From the NCBI GenBank assembly GCA_965224085.1, contig CBDCYI010000005.1, forward strand, positions 1,312,001-1,376,000: DNA of 64,000 nt, in the 5' to 3' direction. Below the pieces are notes generated by a model. It searched no databases. It saw only the letters and a program-made list of their open reading frames with translations, and was not told the DNA's origin. The DNA is from Candidatus Marinacidobacterales bacterium (GTDB taxonomy: Bacteria > Acidobacteriota > Vicinamibacteria > Marinacidobacterales > SMYC01). Both the position numbers and the translations under genes were made by a program. Below are positions 18,133-28,210 of the stretch, piece after piece (the stretch's first letter is position 1; every line of letters starts with the position of its first letter).

Positions 18133-19746
18133 TTGAGGGTGTGCTATTCTCCGGTCGTGACGGTCGTGATCCTCGCGCTCCTGGGGTTTCAGCCGTCACC
18201 GTTATCCGAGCATCATCGCGTTTGGCTTGCGGAAGAGGTTCATTTCCTCATCAGCTCTGAGGAGCGTGGGAGCTTTGTCGCGCTCGAAACAGATGCCGCT
18301 CGCGACAACTTCATCGATGCCTTTTGGGCGCTACGCGACCGCGAGGATCACGCCGCACGTATACGCACCTCGGATCGACTCTTCGGCGTTCGCGGACGCC
18401 ACTCGGCTAGAGGACGGGTTTATCAACTCTTGGGCCCGCCTACGTTCCGCGAGGACTATACGCATGCCGGAGCCCGTCTCTTCCCGGCGGAGTTGTGGCA
18501 CTACACGGGCGTCGCGCAGCCATACCTTCCAGACGCCTTCTACCTCGTATTCTTCAAACCGGGTGGCACGGCTCCGTTTCGACTTTGGCACCCCGAGGGC
18601 GATGGTGTTGCAGGTTTGGTGGTGGCACCGGAGCCCGGGCGATGGCAGCACGGCGCCAGTATCGATGAGGTTGACGCGATCGATGCCGAGCTTGCGCTAG
18701 CGCTAAAAGAGCTCGTGCCTGGAGGCGGGCGCGCGCAGTCGGTCTCTCTTCTCGCGAACCTGGAAGGGTTTCACGATATCGTCGCGCGCGCGCGTCGCAT
18801 GGGCGCGCGGGTCGAGACGTCCGCCAGCTTGCGACGCCTGAAGGCACACTTCGTCGCGCGCGTTTTCCATGACGATGCCGGGGTGCCCGAAATCCACCAT
18901 GTCCTCGAGCTCGACCTCGATGAGAACGTTCACTTGCCTTGGAAACGCAACGATGGACGCTGGCACACTCGATTCGCGCTGACGGGTCGCCTGCTTGACT
19001 CGGCGAGGGAGCTCGAGCGCTGGGAAGACACGATCCAGCTCGACGTGACCGACGCGGAGCGCGACGCGTTAAAGTCGACGACCCTGAGCTTTCAAGGCCG
19101 ACGTTTTCTCCCGCCGGAAGCCCATCGCATCGAGCTTGCGGTGGTAGCCGAGAACGGCTCCTCGGCCGTCGGCAAGACAACCGTCGGCCGGTCTTTGCCG
19201 CCGCTACCGCTTCTCGCGCGCCGAATACAAAGAGTGGAAGCGTCGAGGCGGCTGCCGTTTCTGGTCGGCAACCGGCTCGTGCTGCCCTGGCCGGCTTCGG
19301 TCCTCCGTGGGCCAGAGCTATTCGCAGTGACCGAAATCGCGGCGCCGGCGCGTGGCACTCCTTTCGTTTGGGAGATCCGAAGGGACGGTGAGCTGGAATT
19401 TACCGAAGAGCGCATTCTTCATGGCCAGAACCCGACACTGGTGACGACCGCGATTAAGTTAAACGCGCCCGGAGGGCGCTATCGCGTCCGCGCTCTTTAT
19501 GGTGACCGCGCGCGCGCGATCGACTTCGAGGTCGGGAGTGGGCCCGACGCGGCTTCCGTGCGGGTGCTCGCACGTGAGTCGACACCTTCAGAGGAAAGTC
19601 GCTACCGCTGGGCCCGTGGACGCGCGTTCTGGGGACGTGGATTGGGCGCGCTCGCTCTTCGCGAGCTCGAGAGCGCACTCGCGCTCGATCCCGACAACGT
19701 CGCGGCAGCGAAAGCGCTCGAGGGGATGCGCTCCGCGGCCCGGTAA
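18133..19746 (+). CDS. GWxTD-domain-like exported protein with C-terminal TPR-like helix pair
   Basis: W..EEV.FLIS.EER..F...FIDAFW..RD and GRHSARGRVYQLLGPP (variant of GWxTDRGrvYi.lGpP); signal-peptide-like N-terminus; start uncertain. Confidence 0.75.
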   Translation: MRVCYSPVVTVVILALLGFQPSPLSEHHRVWLAEEVHFLISSEERGSFVALETDAARDNFIDAFWALRDREDHAARIRTSDRLFGVRGRHSARGRVYQLLGPPTFREDYTHAGARLFPAELWHYTGVAQPYLPDAFYLVFFKPGGTAPFRLWHPEGDGVAGLVVAPEPGRWQHGASIDEVDAIDAELALALKELVPGGGRAQSVSLLANLEGFHDIVARARRMGARVETSASLRRLKAHFVARVFHDDAGVPEIHHVLELDLDENVHLPWKRNDGRWHTRFALTGRLLDSARELERWEDTIQLDVTDAERDALKSTTLSFQGRRFLPPEAHRIELAVVAENGSSAVGKTTVGRSLPPLPLLARRIQRVEASRRLPFLVGNRLVLPWPASVLRGPELFAVTEIAAPARGTPFVWEIRRDGELEFTEERILHGQNPTLVTTAIKLNAPGGRYRVRALYGDRARAIDFEVGSGPDAASVRVLARESTPSEESRYRWARGRAFWGRGLGALALRELESALALDPDNVAAAKALEGMRSAAR

Positions 19747-19909
19747 GGTGTCGGGATTCCTGACGGGCTGCCCAGCATTGCCACAAACCCATGTAGACAA
19801 AAAGTTACGCTAGATGCTTGTTCTGAGCGCGTCGGATTCACTTACAATTCTGGTGCGCTGGAAGTGACTCCTCAGCGTCAATCTACTGAAACAACAGCGC
19901 TTAGCTCGA

Positions 19910-19925
19910 TGGCACAGCCGTTGCA
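19910..19925 (+). promoter_or_regulatory. sigma54 (-24/-12) promoter without downstream gene
   Basis: TGGCACAGCCGTTGCA = TGGCAC-N5-TTGCW. Confidence 0.65.
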
Positions 19926-20031
19926 AAACTCTCGGGCAGGCTGATCGGCCAAAAAGTATCACTCGCTATCTCTTAATTAGAAGAGCTCAACGACCGGAAC
20001 AATCGACCTGAGCACTTACCCCCCTCGGGCA

Positions 20032-20057
20032 CCCCTCTCCTTTGAACGGGAGAGGGG
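20032..20057. repeat. REP-like GC-rich hairpin
   Basis: CCCCTCTCC-N8-GGAGAGGGG. Confidence 0.6.
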
Positions 20058-20118
20058 GAGGCTCGAATCATCGCATCGGTACAGACACGGCCGGGGCGAA
20101 AGTTCGGATTTCGGGCCC

Positions 20119-20442
20119 TCAGGGTGTTGCGGACCCGAGTCGCACGTTCAACGCGGTGGTCTCGCCCGCGTGCACATCGACCGTCGTGATGAATGTGCCG
20201 TAACCCTCTTTCTCGAGCTTCAGCTCGTAGCGCCCCGTGGGGAGATGCACCGTCATGCGCTCGGTGCTTCCGGGAAAGTGCCAGCGCTCGCCATCGATCC
20301 AAACCTCGGCGTTGCTCGGCTGCGAGCGCACAGCCAATACACCGTGCTCGGACGTGACCGATGCGCTCGAAGTCGATGCTGAGGCGGGCGCCGCCGCCGG
20401 CGCTGAAGACGGAGGAGGCGGCGCGGGCTCGCCGGGCTCGCT
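20119..20442 (-). pseudogene. 3' remnant of PEGA-domain protein
   Basis: Pro/Ser/Ala linker then GVLAVRSQPSNAEVWIDG...LPTGRYELKLEKEGY; no own 5' end, abuts the uvrA fragment out of frame. Confidence 0.75.
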
Positions 20443-20965
20443 GTATTCCCTGCATCGACGAGCGCATTCAGGACACCCATGAGCTTTCCGATGTCCGCGG
20501 GGTGAAGGCCGGTCGTCGGCTCATCGAGAATGTAGAGCGCGCGGCCACGCGACGGCTTGGCAAGCTCGTAGGCAAGCTTGATGCGTTGTGCTTCGCCGCC
20601 AGACAGTGTGTTCGAGGGCTGTCCCAAGGTGAGATAGCCGAGTCCAATCGCGTTCAGCAGAGCGATGGGTCGTTGCATCGAAGGGACGTTTTTAAAGAGG
20701 ACCTCTGCATCGGCGAGCGTCATCTCGAGAATCTCATGGATGTTCTTGTCCCGAAAGCGTTCCGAGAGCGTCTCTTCGTTGAACCGGCGGCCACGACAGC
20801 TCTCGCAATGCACGTAAACGTTCGGGAGAAAGCTCATCTCCATTTTGATCGTGCCGGTAACGGCGAGAAGGCTTCCACGGGGATTTCGAGGTCGAGATTC
20901 TTTAGGTTGTTTTGCCGTACGCCGCAGAGCCGGATCAACGATGGCGCTTTCGAGGAGCGCTTCAT
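20442..20965 (-). pseudogene. uvrA: UvrA-family remnant (internal deletion, frameshift, 3' truncation)
   Basis: N-terminus IRLCGVRQNNLKNLDLEIP..(fs)LAVTG joined at about 20853 to IKMEMSFLPNVYVHCESC...GLGYLTLGQ..TLSGGEAQRIKLA..LDEPTTGLH..LVDAGNT, then cut. Confidence 0.9.
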
Positions 20966-21714
20966 GCGTCTTCGTAGTGGACTTTGACGAGCTTTAGCCC
21001 TTTCGCGGCGGCGGTCGGTCCCGCTTCCGTTCGATCGCCGCGCTCGAGAAGGCGCGGGATCGACTCGGCCGCGCGTTTTCCCCGCCCGATCTCGAGCAAC
21101 GTGCCGACCATGTTGCGAATCATGTGCTGCAGAAAGCCGGTCGCCGTCACTTCGTAAACGAGCTCGCTACCGTCGTCGAGCCACCGCGAGGCGAGCACCG
21201 TTCGGGTCGTCGTTTTGGCGTTACAGGACGAAGCCCGAAAAGCCTTGAAATCGTGCTCCCCGGCAAACGCGCGGGCGCCTTGCTCCATAGCCTCGTGGTC
21301 GAGCTCGTAAGGATAGTGGAGAGTAAAGCGGCTTGTGAACGGCAGAGGCACAGGGGCGCGCTCGAGGTGGTAGCGATAGGTCTTCGAGCGGGCGCTGTAG
21401 CGCGCGTGAAACTCCGGCTCGGCTTCCTCCACCGTGCGGACGCGGATGTCACCCGGAAGCATTGTGTTCAGGCCTCGGAGGATGCCCCCGGGAGGGATTT
21501 CGCGCACGAGCTGAAAATGCGCTACTTGCCCGAGCGCGTGGACACCGGCATCCGTGCGCCCGGCTGCGACGACGTCAACGGACCTTTTCGCCATGCGCGT
21601 GAGTGCGACTTGGACGCGTTCCTGAATGGTGTCGCCCTCGGGTTGCACTTGCCAACCCTTATATGCAGTGCCGTCATACGCGAGGGTCAACTTATATAAC
21701 GGCACGGGCCCCAC
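20962..21714 (-). CDS. truA: tRNA pseudouridine(38-40) synthase
   Basis: YDGT.Y.GWQ.QP, AGRTDAGVHA.GQ, FL.HMIRNMVG. Confidence 0.97.
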   Translation of the reverse strand: MGPVPLYKLTLAYDGTAYKGWQVQPEGDTIQERVQVALTRMAKRSVDVVAAGRTDAGVHALGQVAHFQLVREIPPGGILRGLNTMLPGDIRVRTVEEAEPEFHARYSARSKTYRYHLERAPVPLPFTSRFTLHYPYELDHEAMEQGARAFAGEHDFKAFRASSCNAKTTTRTVLASRWLDDGSELVYEVTATGFLQHMIRNMVGTLLEIGRGKRAAESIPRLLERGDRTEAGPTAAAKGLKLVKVHYEDA

Positions 21715-21916
21715 ATTCTAGCCTGCAGGTCAAATCGAGCGAAACGTCTGTTTTTGGAGTGTTTTAGCGCGGTCTCTTCTGCATGGCGCGCGGTGGCGTA
21801 CTACAATGGTGGTCCTTGACGGGAACATAAATACCGGAGCTCGCGTATGTTGCAGTCGAGGTCCGCACGGTTAGAGGAGAGTTCCCGTCCGACACCGAGC
21901 AACAAGAGGATAACCC

Positions 21917-23479
21917 ATGAACGTGAAGCGCCTTTTCTTCGTGCTGTTGATCTGCCTCGCCGCTGGCGCGAGCGCTTACGGGCAGGACACCGAGCCCGAA
22001 CGGACCGCAGATCCCAACGCGATACAGCTCGCCCTCGAAGACGCCATCGAAATGGCTCTCGAGAACAATCTCGACATCGTCGTCTCGCGCCTCGATACGC
22101 AAGTTCAGGCAGAGGGCGTGCGATTCGCAAAAGGGGTGTATCAGCCCTTCATCTTCGGAAGCTTCAACAACCTCGATAGCTCTTCGCCCGCCCAGACCCA
22201 GCTCGTCGGTGCGCCAACGCTCACGAGCACACGGACGAACTACAACATAACGTGGCAGCAAGAGATCTCGACGGGCGCGAATTACAACATTACGTGGCAG
22301 AACCTGCGCTCCACCACCAACAGCGCGTTCTCCGGCTTCAACCCGCTTTACGACGCCTCCATCACCGGCCAGATCGTCCAGCCGCTCATGCAGAGCTTCG
22401 GGACCGATCCACGAAAGCAGCAAATCGTTGTGGCGAATAACGGTGAGCGTATCTCCCGCAACGCTTTCGAAGTCCAGGTGATGAATACGGTGCGGGATGT
22501 GGAGTTTGCGTACTGGGACCTGGTGTTCGCCATTCGGGATTTGGAGGTGGCGCAGACGTCGCTCGGGCTCGCCCAGGATCTTCTCAGGAACAATCGGATC
22601 CAAGTGGAAGTGGGCACGATGGCGCCCATTGACGTTCTCGAAGCCGAGGCTGAGGTGGCCTCTCGCGAGGAAGCCGTCATCCTGGCCGAGGAGGCGATCC
22701 GTCTGACCGAAGACATGCTGAAGCGTCTCATCAACGATCCCGAGACCGAGGCGTTTTGGACGAGCACCTACTCGCCCGTCGACCAGCCGACGATCGAGGA
22801 GATCCAGATCAACCTCGAGGAGTCGGTGCGCATCGCGCTCGAGCGTCGCCCCGTCCTCGATCAGAGTCGGGTCGAACTCGAGACCCGCAATTATAACGTG
22901 CGTTTCAGCAAGAACCAGCTGATGCCCCAGCTCGATCTCGTGGGATCCATCGCGTTTAACGGTATCGGCGGAACCGAGCTCGTGCGCGAGGGTTTTGCGG
23001 GGGACCCAACCCTCGTCATCCCGGGCGGTTACGGGGATGCGATCGATCAAGTTTTCGGTGGAGATTTTCGCGATTGGTCATTGGGGTTGAATATCTCCTA
23101 CCCGCTCGGAAACTCGCACGCTCAAGCTCAATACGCGCAAGCGCAGGTGGCCGAGCGCCAACAAAGGGCCGCGATCGACTCGAACGAGATTCTCATCGCG
23201 CAAGAAGTTCGCTCGACGGGGCGCGCCGTCCAGACGAACCGCAAGCGGATCGATGCGACGCGCGTGGCGCGCGACCTCGCGGAGCGACGCCTCGATGCCG
23301 AACTCAAAAAATTCCAAGTAGGTATGTCGACGAGCTTTCTCATCGTCCAAGCTCAGCGCGACCTCTCCCAAGCCGCGGCCAACGAGCTGCGCGCCCTCAT
23401 CGACTACGTCAAAGCGATCGCCGCCTTCGAGCGCGCCCAAGGAACGATTCTAGACGGACCCAATATATCTATCCGTTGA
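21917..23479 (+). CDS. TolC-family outer membrane efflux protein
   Basis: Signal peptide, L.LEDAI..ALENN, duplicated helical/beta repeat, AYWDL, G.ST...V.QAQRDL; RBS GAGGA. Confidence 0.9.
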   Translation: MNVKRLFFVLLICLAAGASAYGQDTEPERTADPNAIQLALEDAIEMALENNLDIVVSRLDTQVQAEGVRFAKGVYQPFIFGSFNNLDSSSPAQTQLVGAPTLTSTRTNYNITWQQEISTGANYNITWQNLRSTTNSAFSGFNPLYDASITGQIVQPLMQSFGTDPRKQQIVVANNGERISRNAFEVQVMNTVRDVEFAYWDLVFAIRDLEVAQTSLGLAQDLLRNNRIQVEVGTMAPIDVLEAEAEVASREEAVILAEEAIRLTEDMLKRLINDPETEAFWTSTYSPVDQPTIEEIQINLEESVRIALERRPVLDQSRVELETRNYNVRFSKNQLMPQLDLVGSIAFNGIGGTELVREGFAGDPTLVIPGGYGDAIDQVFGGDFRDWSLGLNISYPLGNSHAQAQYAQAQVAERQQRAAIDSNEILIAQEVRSTGRAVQTNRKRIDATRVARDLAERRLDAELKKFQVGMSTSFLIVQAQRDLSQAAANELRALIDYVKAIAAFERAQGTILDGPNISIR

Positions 23480-23487
23480 TTCGAGCA

Positions 23488-23596
23488 TTCAGCATTCAAG
23501 AACATCTAGCTGAATGCGAAGTTTTCGGCGAATATTTCGCGTCGCACGCCACTGTTTCGACATCACGTTTAATATTCCTGGATCCTGAATGCTGGA
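23488..23596. repeat. Hairpin element with CAGCATTCA(G/A)GA termini
   Basis: TTCAGCATTCAAGA ... TCCTGAATGCTGGA inverted pair directly after the tolC stop; same termini at 58150-58231. Confidence 0.55.
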
Positions 23597-23600
23597 AAAC

Positions 23601-23629
23601 TTGACAGATCTTTCTCGCTCGCATAAGTT
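23601..23629 (+). promoter_or_regulatory. Putative sigma70 promoter
   Basis: TTGACA-N17-TAAGTT, 48 nt upstream of a small ORF. Confidence 0.55.
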
Positions 23630-23677
23630 GTTCCGAACATCTTTTGGAAACATCCGTGACCGCGAAGGGAGCTTGAT

Positions 23678-23866
23678 ATGGCCAAGAGCAACAAGAATTC
23701 GAAACCCGATTTCTTGGCAAAGCGACGGCAGACGATTGCCGAAATGGCAAACAAGCGAAGGCAACAGCAATTATTGCGTGGGCCCGGCATATCGGTCGGG
23801 GACAACAGACACAAAATGACGGCTCCGATTTCGCTTTCGGGGACGCCACGAGCGACCCAAAGTTAA
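23678..23866 (+). CDS. Small basic hypothetical protein (62 aa)
   Basis: Intergenic ATG-start ORF with RBS GAAGGGAG and upstream promoter. Confidence 0.6.
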   Translation: MAKSNKNSKPDFLAKRRQTIAEMANKRRQQQLLRGPGISVGDNRHKMTAPISLSGTPRATQS

Positions 23867-23960
23867 TTTTATCTCGACCTACCTCCTTCCCTGCCGGGCC
23901 TCGGCACACAATCCCTTCGGTTCGAAACAAAACCTAAAGTAAAGCTAGAGGGATGGCTAT

Positions 23961-24932
23961 CTAAATTCCTACGGAGAGTGAATCGATCTGTTCGAAGAAG
24001 CGCAGCACGCGATCCGCGGCCCAAAAGAAACGAGGCGCACGTGAAGTGCCTACGAAGCCGACATGGCCGGCGCCTTTTGCGATCTCGAGCGTGACGGCGC
24101 CGGAATGTTGCCAATGATGCACGCTGTCATACGGGATGAACGGATCGTTCGTCGACGATAGAACGAGCGTCGGCCGCTCAACGTCGGCCAAGACAGGGCC
24201 GGTGCTGACGGACTGATAGTAGTCCTCTGCGTTGCGATAGCCGCCATAAAAGGCCGTGATGACGTCGTCGAATTGGCGCAAGGTGGTTATCCCGCGCTCA
24301 CGGCCGAGCTCGTAGCGCTCGGGGGCGCGACGCTGTCGCCGTTTATAGGACGCACAGAGCGAACCGGTGAACCGAGACTGGTAGATGAAATTCGCGCGCT
24401 CTTCGAGAGCGTCGGCGCATCGCGTCATATCAAGCGGTGGGCAGACGGCAGAAGCGGCTTTGAGCGCCTCAGGTAGGTGCCTTCTCTCCCGTGCAAGCGT
24501 GAGAAGCGTCAGTCCCGCGCCGAGGGAAAAGCCGACGATGGCGAAACGGGCCACCCGACTCGCGAGCCACTCCGCCGCGGCGAGTAAATCTCCCGTGAGG
24601 CCCGCGTTATAGAGCTGCGGGCACAGTGAGATGGAATCGCCACATCCGCGCATGTTCATGCGGATCACGTGCCATCCGGAACGGAAAGCTGCCACTCCCG
24701 TGCTCACGAGGTAATGCGCCTCGTCCGTGCCTTCGAGGCCGTGCACGAGCAACAATGCCGGCCGGTCGGCGTCTTTCTCCTGCCACGAAGCGCGCAGTAA
24801 GAGGCGTACGTCGAGGCCGGTGTCGACGACGACGTTTTCAGAGGGGAAGGGCCATTTCAAAAAAGATCGCGCGAGCACGCCTCCGAGCGTCTGAAGGTGG
24901 CCTCCCGGCAAGAGGGGGCGAAAACGGCTCAC
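23961..24932 (-). CDS. Alpha/beta hydrolase, YheT-like
   Basis: GGHLQT, HGLEG, RGCG, GFSLG nucleophile elbow, NDPFIP, GHVGF. Confidence 0.9.
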   Translation of the reverse strand: MSRFRPLLPGGHLQTLGGVLARSFLKWPFPSENVVVDTGLDVRLLLRASWQEKDADRPALLLVHGLEGTDEAHYLVSTGVAAFRSGWHVIRMNMRGCGDSISLCPQLYNAGLTGDLLAAAEWLASRVARFAIVGFSLGAGLTLLTLARERRHLPEALKAASAVCPPLDMTRCADALEERANFIYQSRFTGSLCASYKRRQRRAPERYELGRERGITTLRQFDDVITAFYGGYRNAEDYYQSVSTGPVLADVERPTLVLSSTNDPFIPYDSVHHWQHSGAVTLEIAKGAGHVGFVGTSRAPRFFWAADRVLRFFEQIDSLSVGI

Positions 24933-25153
24933 AGATTCGATTCGGAAGGTCGCGGCTTGGCGATGACCGAGATCGTACCGTGGGTGGCGGTCTCGGCGGC
25001 GACGCCATGTTTCGCGAGCTCCTCGAGAGTGTGCGCGAAGTCTCTAGCGTTTTGATAGGCCAAGAGCAGCGCACCGCACGCGTCACAGGTCGCGACGTCG
25101 CCATGACGTGCCAGGCTATTTCGTGCTTCTTGCTCACAGCAGGTCTTCATCAC
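24929..25153 (-). CDS. Small Cys-rich hypothetical protein (74 aa)
   Basis: CC...CxxC; 4-nt overlaps with both neighbouring genes. Confidence 0.7.
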   Translation of the reverse strand: MMKTCCEQEARNSLARHGDVATCDACGALLLAYQNARDFAHTLEELAKHGVAAETATHGTISVIAKPRPSESNL

Positions 25154-25998
25154 AGTCGCTTCTTCAAGTTACAGAGCTCGCAATTACGCGCGTTGTTGTG
25201 GCGCGGGCAATTTTCGAGGATACCCATGCGCGACAGCGCGAAATCGTATTTGATTGGATCGACCGGGTCGAGCCGCCGAAGGCGTTCGGTGATATCGAGC
25301 GCGGTACGAAATCCCGTCGTTTTCCTTTGGCTCCAACCGAGGTGGTGGCCGATGCGATAAATATGCGTGTCGAGCGGGATGACGAGATCGCATGCTGGGA
25401 TGAATGGCCAGAGCCCCAAATCCAAGCCGTCATCGGCGCGCACCATCCACCGAAGAAACATATTCATCCGCTTACAGGCACCGGTGCGCGGGCTTGTGAA
25501 AAAAAAGCGAACGCCCGCTTTCGTCGGAAGGCCGTGCCCGCGATACAGTCCTGCGTGGTCTAGCGCGAGCGCCCTCTGGGAAAACCGCATCAAGCTCGTG
25601 GCCATGTCGTTTTCGACGAAACTCTCCTCGAAGAATCGCCCTACGCTTCCGTGACTCTGGAGCATCTGGCCGGCGAAGTGTACGAGGCAGACGACGTCCC
25701 GGCCTCGTGACCACCGGTGCTGGAACTTTCCGAGCGAGGCGAGTGCTTGCTTCGGCTCGAGGGTGCGAGCGAGCTCGGCGGGACGCGGACCCATCCACAA
25801 CAGGATCCGCTCCATGCTATTGGCGATGGTCTTGACGTTCCCATAGGCCAAAGCGGAGGCCACGAGGCCGACGACTTCTCGATCGTCGCTCCGCGTAAAA
25901 CGACGGGGAAACGCCAGAGGGTCGGACGCCAGATAGCGTGCGTCGTAATGTCTTCTGAGCTCTTCCAAACCTTCGCGAAGAACGGCGAGATGTGTCAT
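25150..25998 (-). CDS. TIGR02757/DUF2400-like protein
   Basis: DPL.FP, REVVG..AS.LAYG, ACKRMNMFLRWMVR, D.GLW, IPLDTH, DPIKYDFAL; ATG overlaps pyrC stop. Confidence 0.88.
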   Translation of the reverse strand: MTHLAVLREGLEELRRHYDARYLASDPLAFPRRFTRSDDREVVGLVASALAYGNVKTIANSMERILLWMGPRPAELARTLEPKQALASLGKFQHRWSRGRDVVCLVHFAGQMLQSHGSVGRFFEESFVENDMATSLMRFSQRALALDHAGLYRGHGLPTKAGVRFFFTSPRTGACKRMNMFLRWMVRADDGLDLGLWPFIPACDLVIPLDTHIYRIGHHLGWSQRKTTGFRTALDITERLRRLDPVDPIKYDFALSRMGILENCPRHNNARNCELCNLKKRL

Positions 25999-27281
25999 TC
26001 GAGCGACCAGGCGATGCGCCCTCCGACAATCGTGGTCACGGGCCGGCCTTCGAGCTCCCAACCCGCGAAAGGCGTGTTCTTGCCGCGCGAGTGAAACGAT
26101 TCCGGGTCGACCCGAACGTGCCGCGTTGCATCGAGAAGCGTCACGTCGGCGGGGGAGCCCACTTTCAGCGTGCCGCCGGCTACGCCGAGCACCCGCGCCG
26201 GTCCCGAGGAGAGAAGCTCCACCATGCGCGACAGCGAAATGACGCCCGGCTTGACGAGGCGATCGAGACAAAGCGAGACCGCCGTCTCGAGCCCGACAAT
26301 GCCGAACGGAGCTCGATCGAAGTCCTCGCGTTTCTCGTCGGGGTGATGGGGCGCGTGGTCGGTGGCGATGGCGTCCACCGTTCCGTCCGCGAGCCCCTCG
26401 AGAAGTGCTTCGCGATCCGCTTCGGTGACGAGAGGCGGCTTCATCTTGGCGTCCGTGTCGTAGCTCTTGAGGCTCTCATCCGTGAGAACCAGATGATGCG
26501 GCGTGACCTCACAGCTCACCGCGAGCCCACGCGCTTTCGCTTCGCGCACCCTTCGAAGCGCTCCCGACGTTGACAGGTGCGCGACATGGAAGCGGGCGCC
26601 GGTGAGCTCGGCGAGCACGACGTTACGATCGACCGAAATGATCTCGGAGGCTCGGGGAATGCCTAAAAGCCCGAGAGCCGTGGACCAATAGCCCTCGTTC
26701 ATCACCCCTTTGGGATGAAGCTCGGGCGTCTCGCAATGCTCGACGACGGGAAGGTCGAAAACGGTCGCATATTCCATGGCGCGTCGCATGACGTTCACGT
26801 CGCGTACGGGAAGGCCGTCATCGGAGACGGCGACGACGCCCGCCTCCACCATCTCGCCCATCTCGGAGAGTTGTTCTCCTTGCATTCCTTTCGTAATGGT
26901 CCCGATGGGGTAAACGCGCGCCTTGTCTGCTTGCGCTGCTTTCCTGAGGATGAACTCCGTCACCGCCGCGCTATCGTTGGGTGGGTCGGTATTAGCCATC
27001 GCCGCCACCGCAGTGAAGCCGCCCGCCACCGCCGCTCGAGATCCTGTCGCGATCGTCTCCTTGTACTCGAAGCCGGGCTCTCTCAAATGCACGTGCATAT
27101 CGATGAAACCCGGCGTGGCGACGAGCCCGTCCGCATCTAGAACGTCAACGTCGACGTCTTCGGCGGTCGTTCGAGCGCCGATGGCCTTGACGATGCCGTC
27201 CTCGAGCAGCAGATCGCCGATCTCGTCGAGCTCCTGGCTCGGGTCGACGATGCGTGCCCGCCGAACGAGAAGCCGCGTCAT
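25995..27281 (-). CDS. pyrC: Dihydroorotase
   Basis: [28 protein letters not shown]. Confidence 0.96.
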   Translation of the reverse strand: MTRLLVRRARIVDPSQELDEIGDLLLEDGIVKAIGARTTAEDVDVDVLDADGLVATPGFIDMHVHLREPGFEYKETIATGSRAAVAGGFTAVAAMANTDPPNDSAAVTEFILRKAAQADKARVYPIGTITKGMQGEQLSEMGEMVEAGVVAVSDDGLPVRDVNVMRRAMEYATVFDLPVVEHCETPELHPKGVMNEGYWSTALGLLGIPRASEIISVDRNVVLAELTGARFHVAHLSTSGALRRVREAKARGLAVSCEVTPHHLVLTDESLKSYDTDAKMKPPLVTEADREALLEGLADGTVDAIATDHAPHHPDEKREDFDRAPFGIVGLETAVSLCLDRLVKPGVISLSRMVELLSSGPARVLGVAGGTLKVGSPADVTLLDATRHVRVDPESFHSRGKNTPFAGWELEGRPVTTIVGGRIAWSLE

Positions 27282-28210
27282 GTTGTTTCTCCATGCCCGC
27301 CTGCGAGCAAGTACAAGACTGCCATGCGGATGGCCACACCGTTCGTCACCTGCTCGAGGATGAGGGAATAAGGACCATCGGCGACGGCCGAGTCGATCTC
27401 GAGGCCGCGGTTGAGAGGACCAGGATGCATGAGGATGACATCGGGCTTGGCGCGCTCGAGCCGCGCGGGCGTGAGCGCGTAGAGGCGAAAATATTCTCGG
27501 ACGGACGGAAAAAAGGCGCCCGTCATGCGTTCTTCTTGAACGCGCAACATCATTACGACATCAGCGTCGATGAGGGCCTGGTCCATCGTGGGCGCGACTT
27601 CGGCTCCGAGCTCCTGGATGTGCGGGGGGATCAGGGTCGGGGGACCGCTCACAACGACGTGCGAGCCCATCTTCGTGAGCAGCTGAAGGTTCGATCGAAA
27701 CACGCGGCTGTGTAGCAAATCCCCGACGATGACGACCTTGAGCTCCGACAGTTTTTGTTTGGCCTCGAGGATCGTGAAGGCATCGAGGAGAGCCTGCGTC
27801 GGATGCTCGTGCATCCCGTCTCCGGCATTGACGACCGCTGCTTTCACTTCACTCGCGACGATGTGAGGCGCACCTGAAGCATGATGGCGCATGACGATGA
27901 CGTCTGGCGCCATCGCCTGGAGGTTGCGAACGGTATCGACGAGCGTCTCGCCCTTGGCCACCGAACTGCCCGAGACGCTGACATTGATGGCGTCGGCCGA
28001 GAGACGCTTTGCCGCGATCTCGAAGGAGACGCGCGTGCGCGTGCTTGGTTCGTAGAAAAGGTTGATGATCGTGCGGCCCCGGAGAGTCGGAACTTTCTTG
28101 ATTGTCCGAGCACCGACTTCTTTGAAAGACGCGGCCGTCGTTAGGAAAAGCTCGATCTCCGCTGCGCTGAGGGTCTCGATACCCAGGAGGTCCTTGTGCC
28201 GAAGGGTCAT
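27278..28210 (-). CDS. pyrB: Aspartate carbamoyltransferase catalytic subunit
   Basis: [27 protein letters not shown]. Confidence 0.98.
   Translation of the reverse strand: MTLRHKDLLGIETLSAAEIELFLTTAASFKEVGARTIKKVPTLRGRTIINLFYEPSTRTRVSFEIAAKRLSADAINVSVSGSSVAKGETLVDTVRNLQAMAPDVIVMRHHASGAPHIVASEVKAAVVNAGDGMHEHPTQALLDAFTILEAKQKLSELKVVIVGDLLHSRVFRSNLQLLTKMGSHVVVSGPPTLIPPHIQELGAEVAPTMDQALIDADVVMMLRVQEERMTGAFFPSVREYFRLYALTPARLERAKPDVILMHPGPLNRGLEIDSAVADGPYSLILEQVTNGVAIRMAVLYLLAGGHGETT

Noticed and set aside
20253-20843. ORF-track 196-aa mini-UvrA as a novel functional protein
   Set aside because: Lacks Walker A and the H-loop, and its tail is an out-of-frame reading of the PEGA remnant
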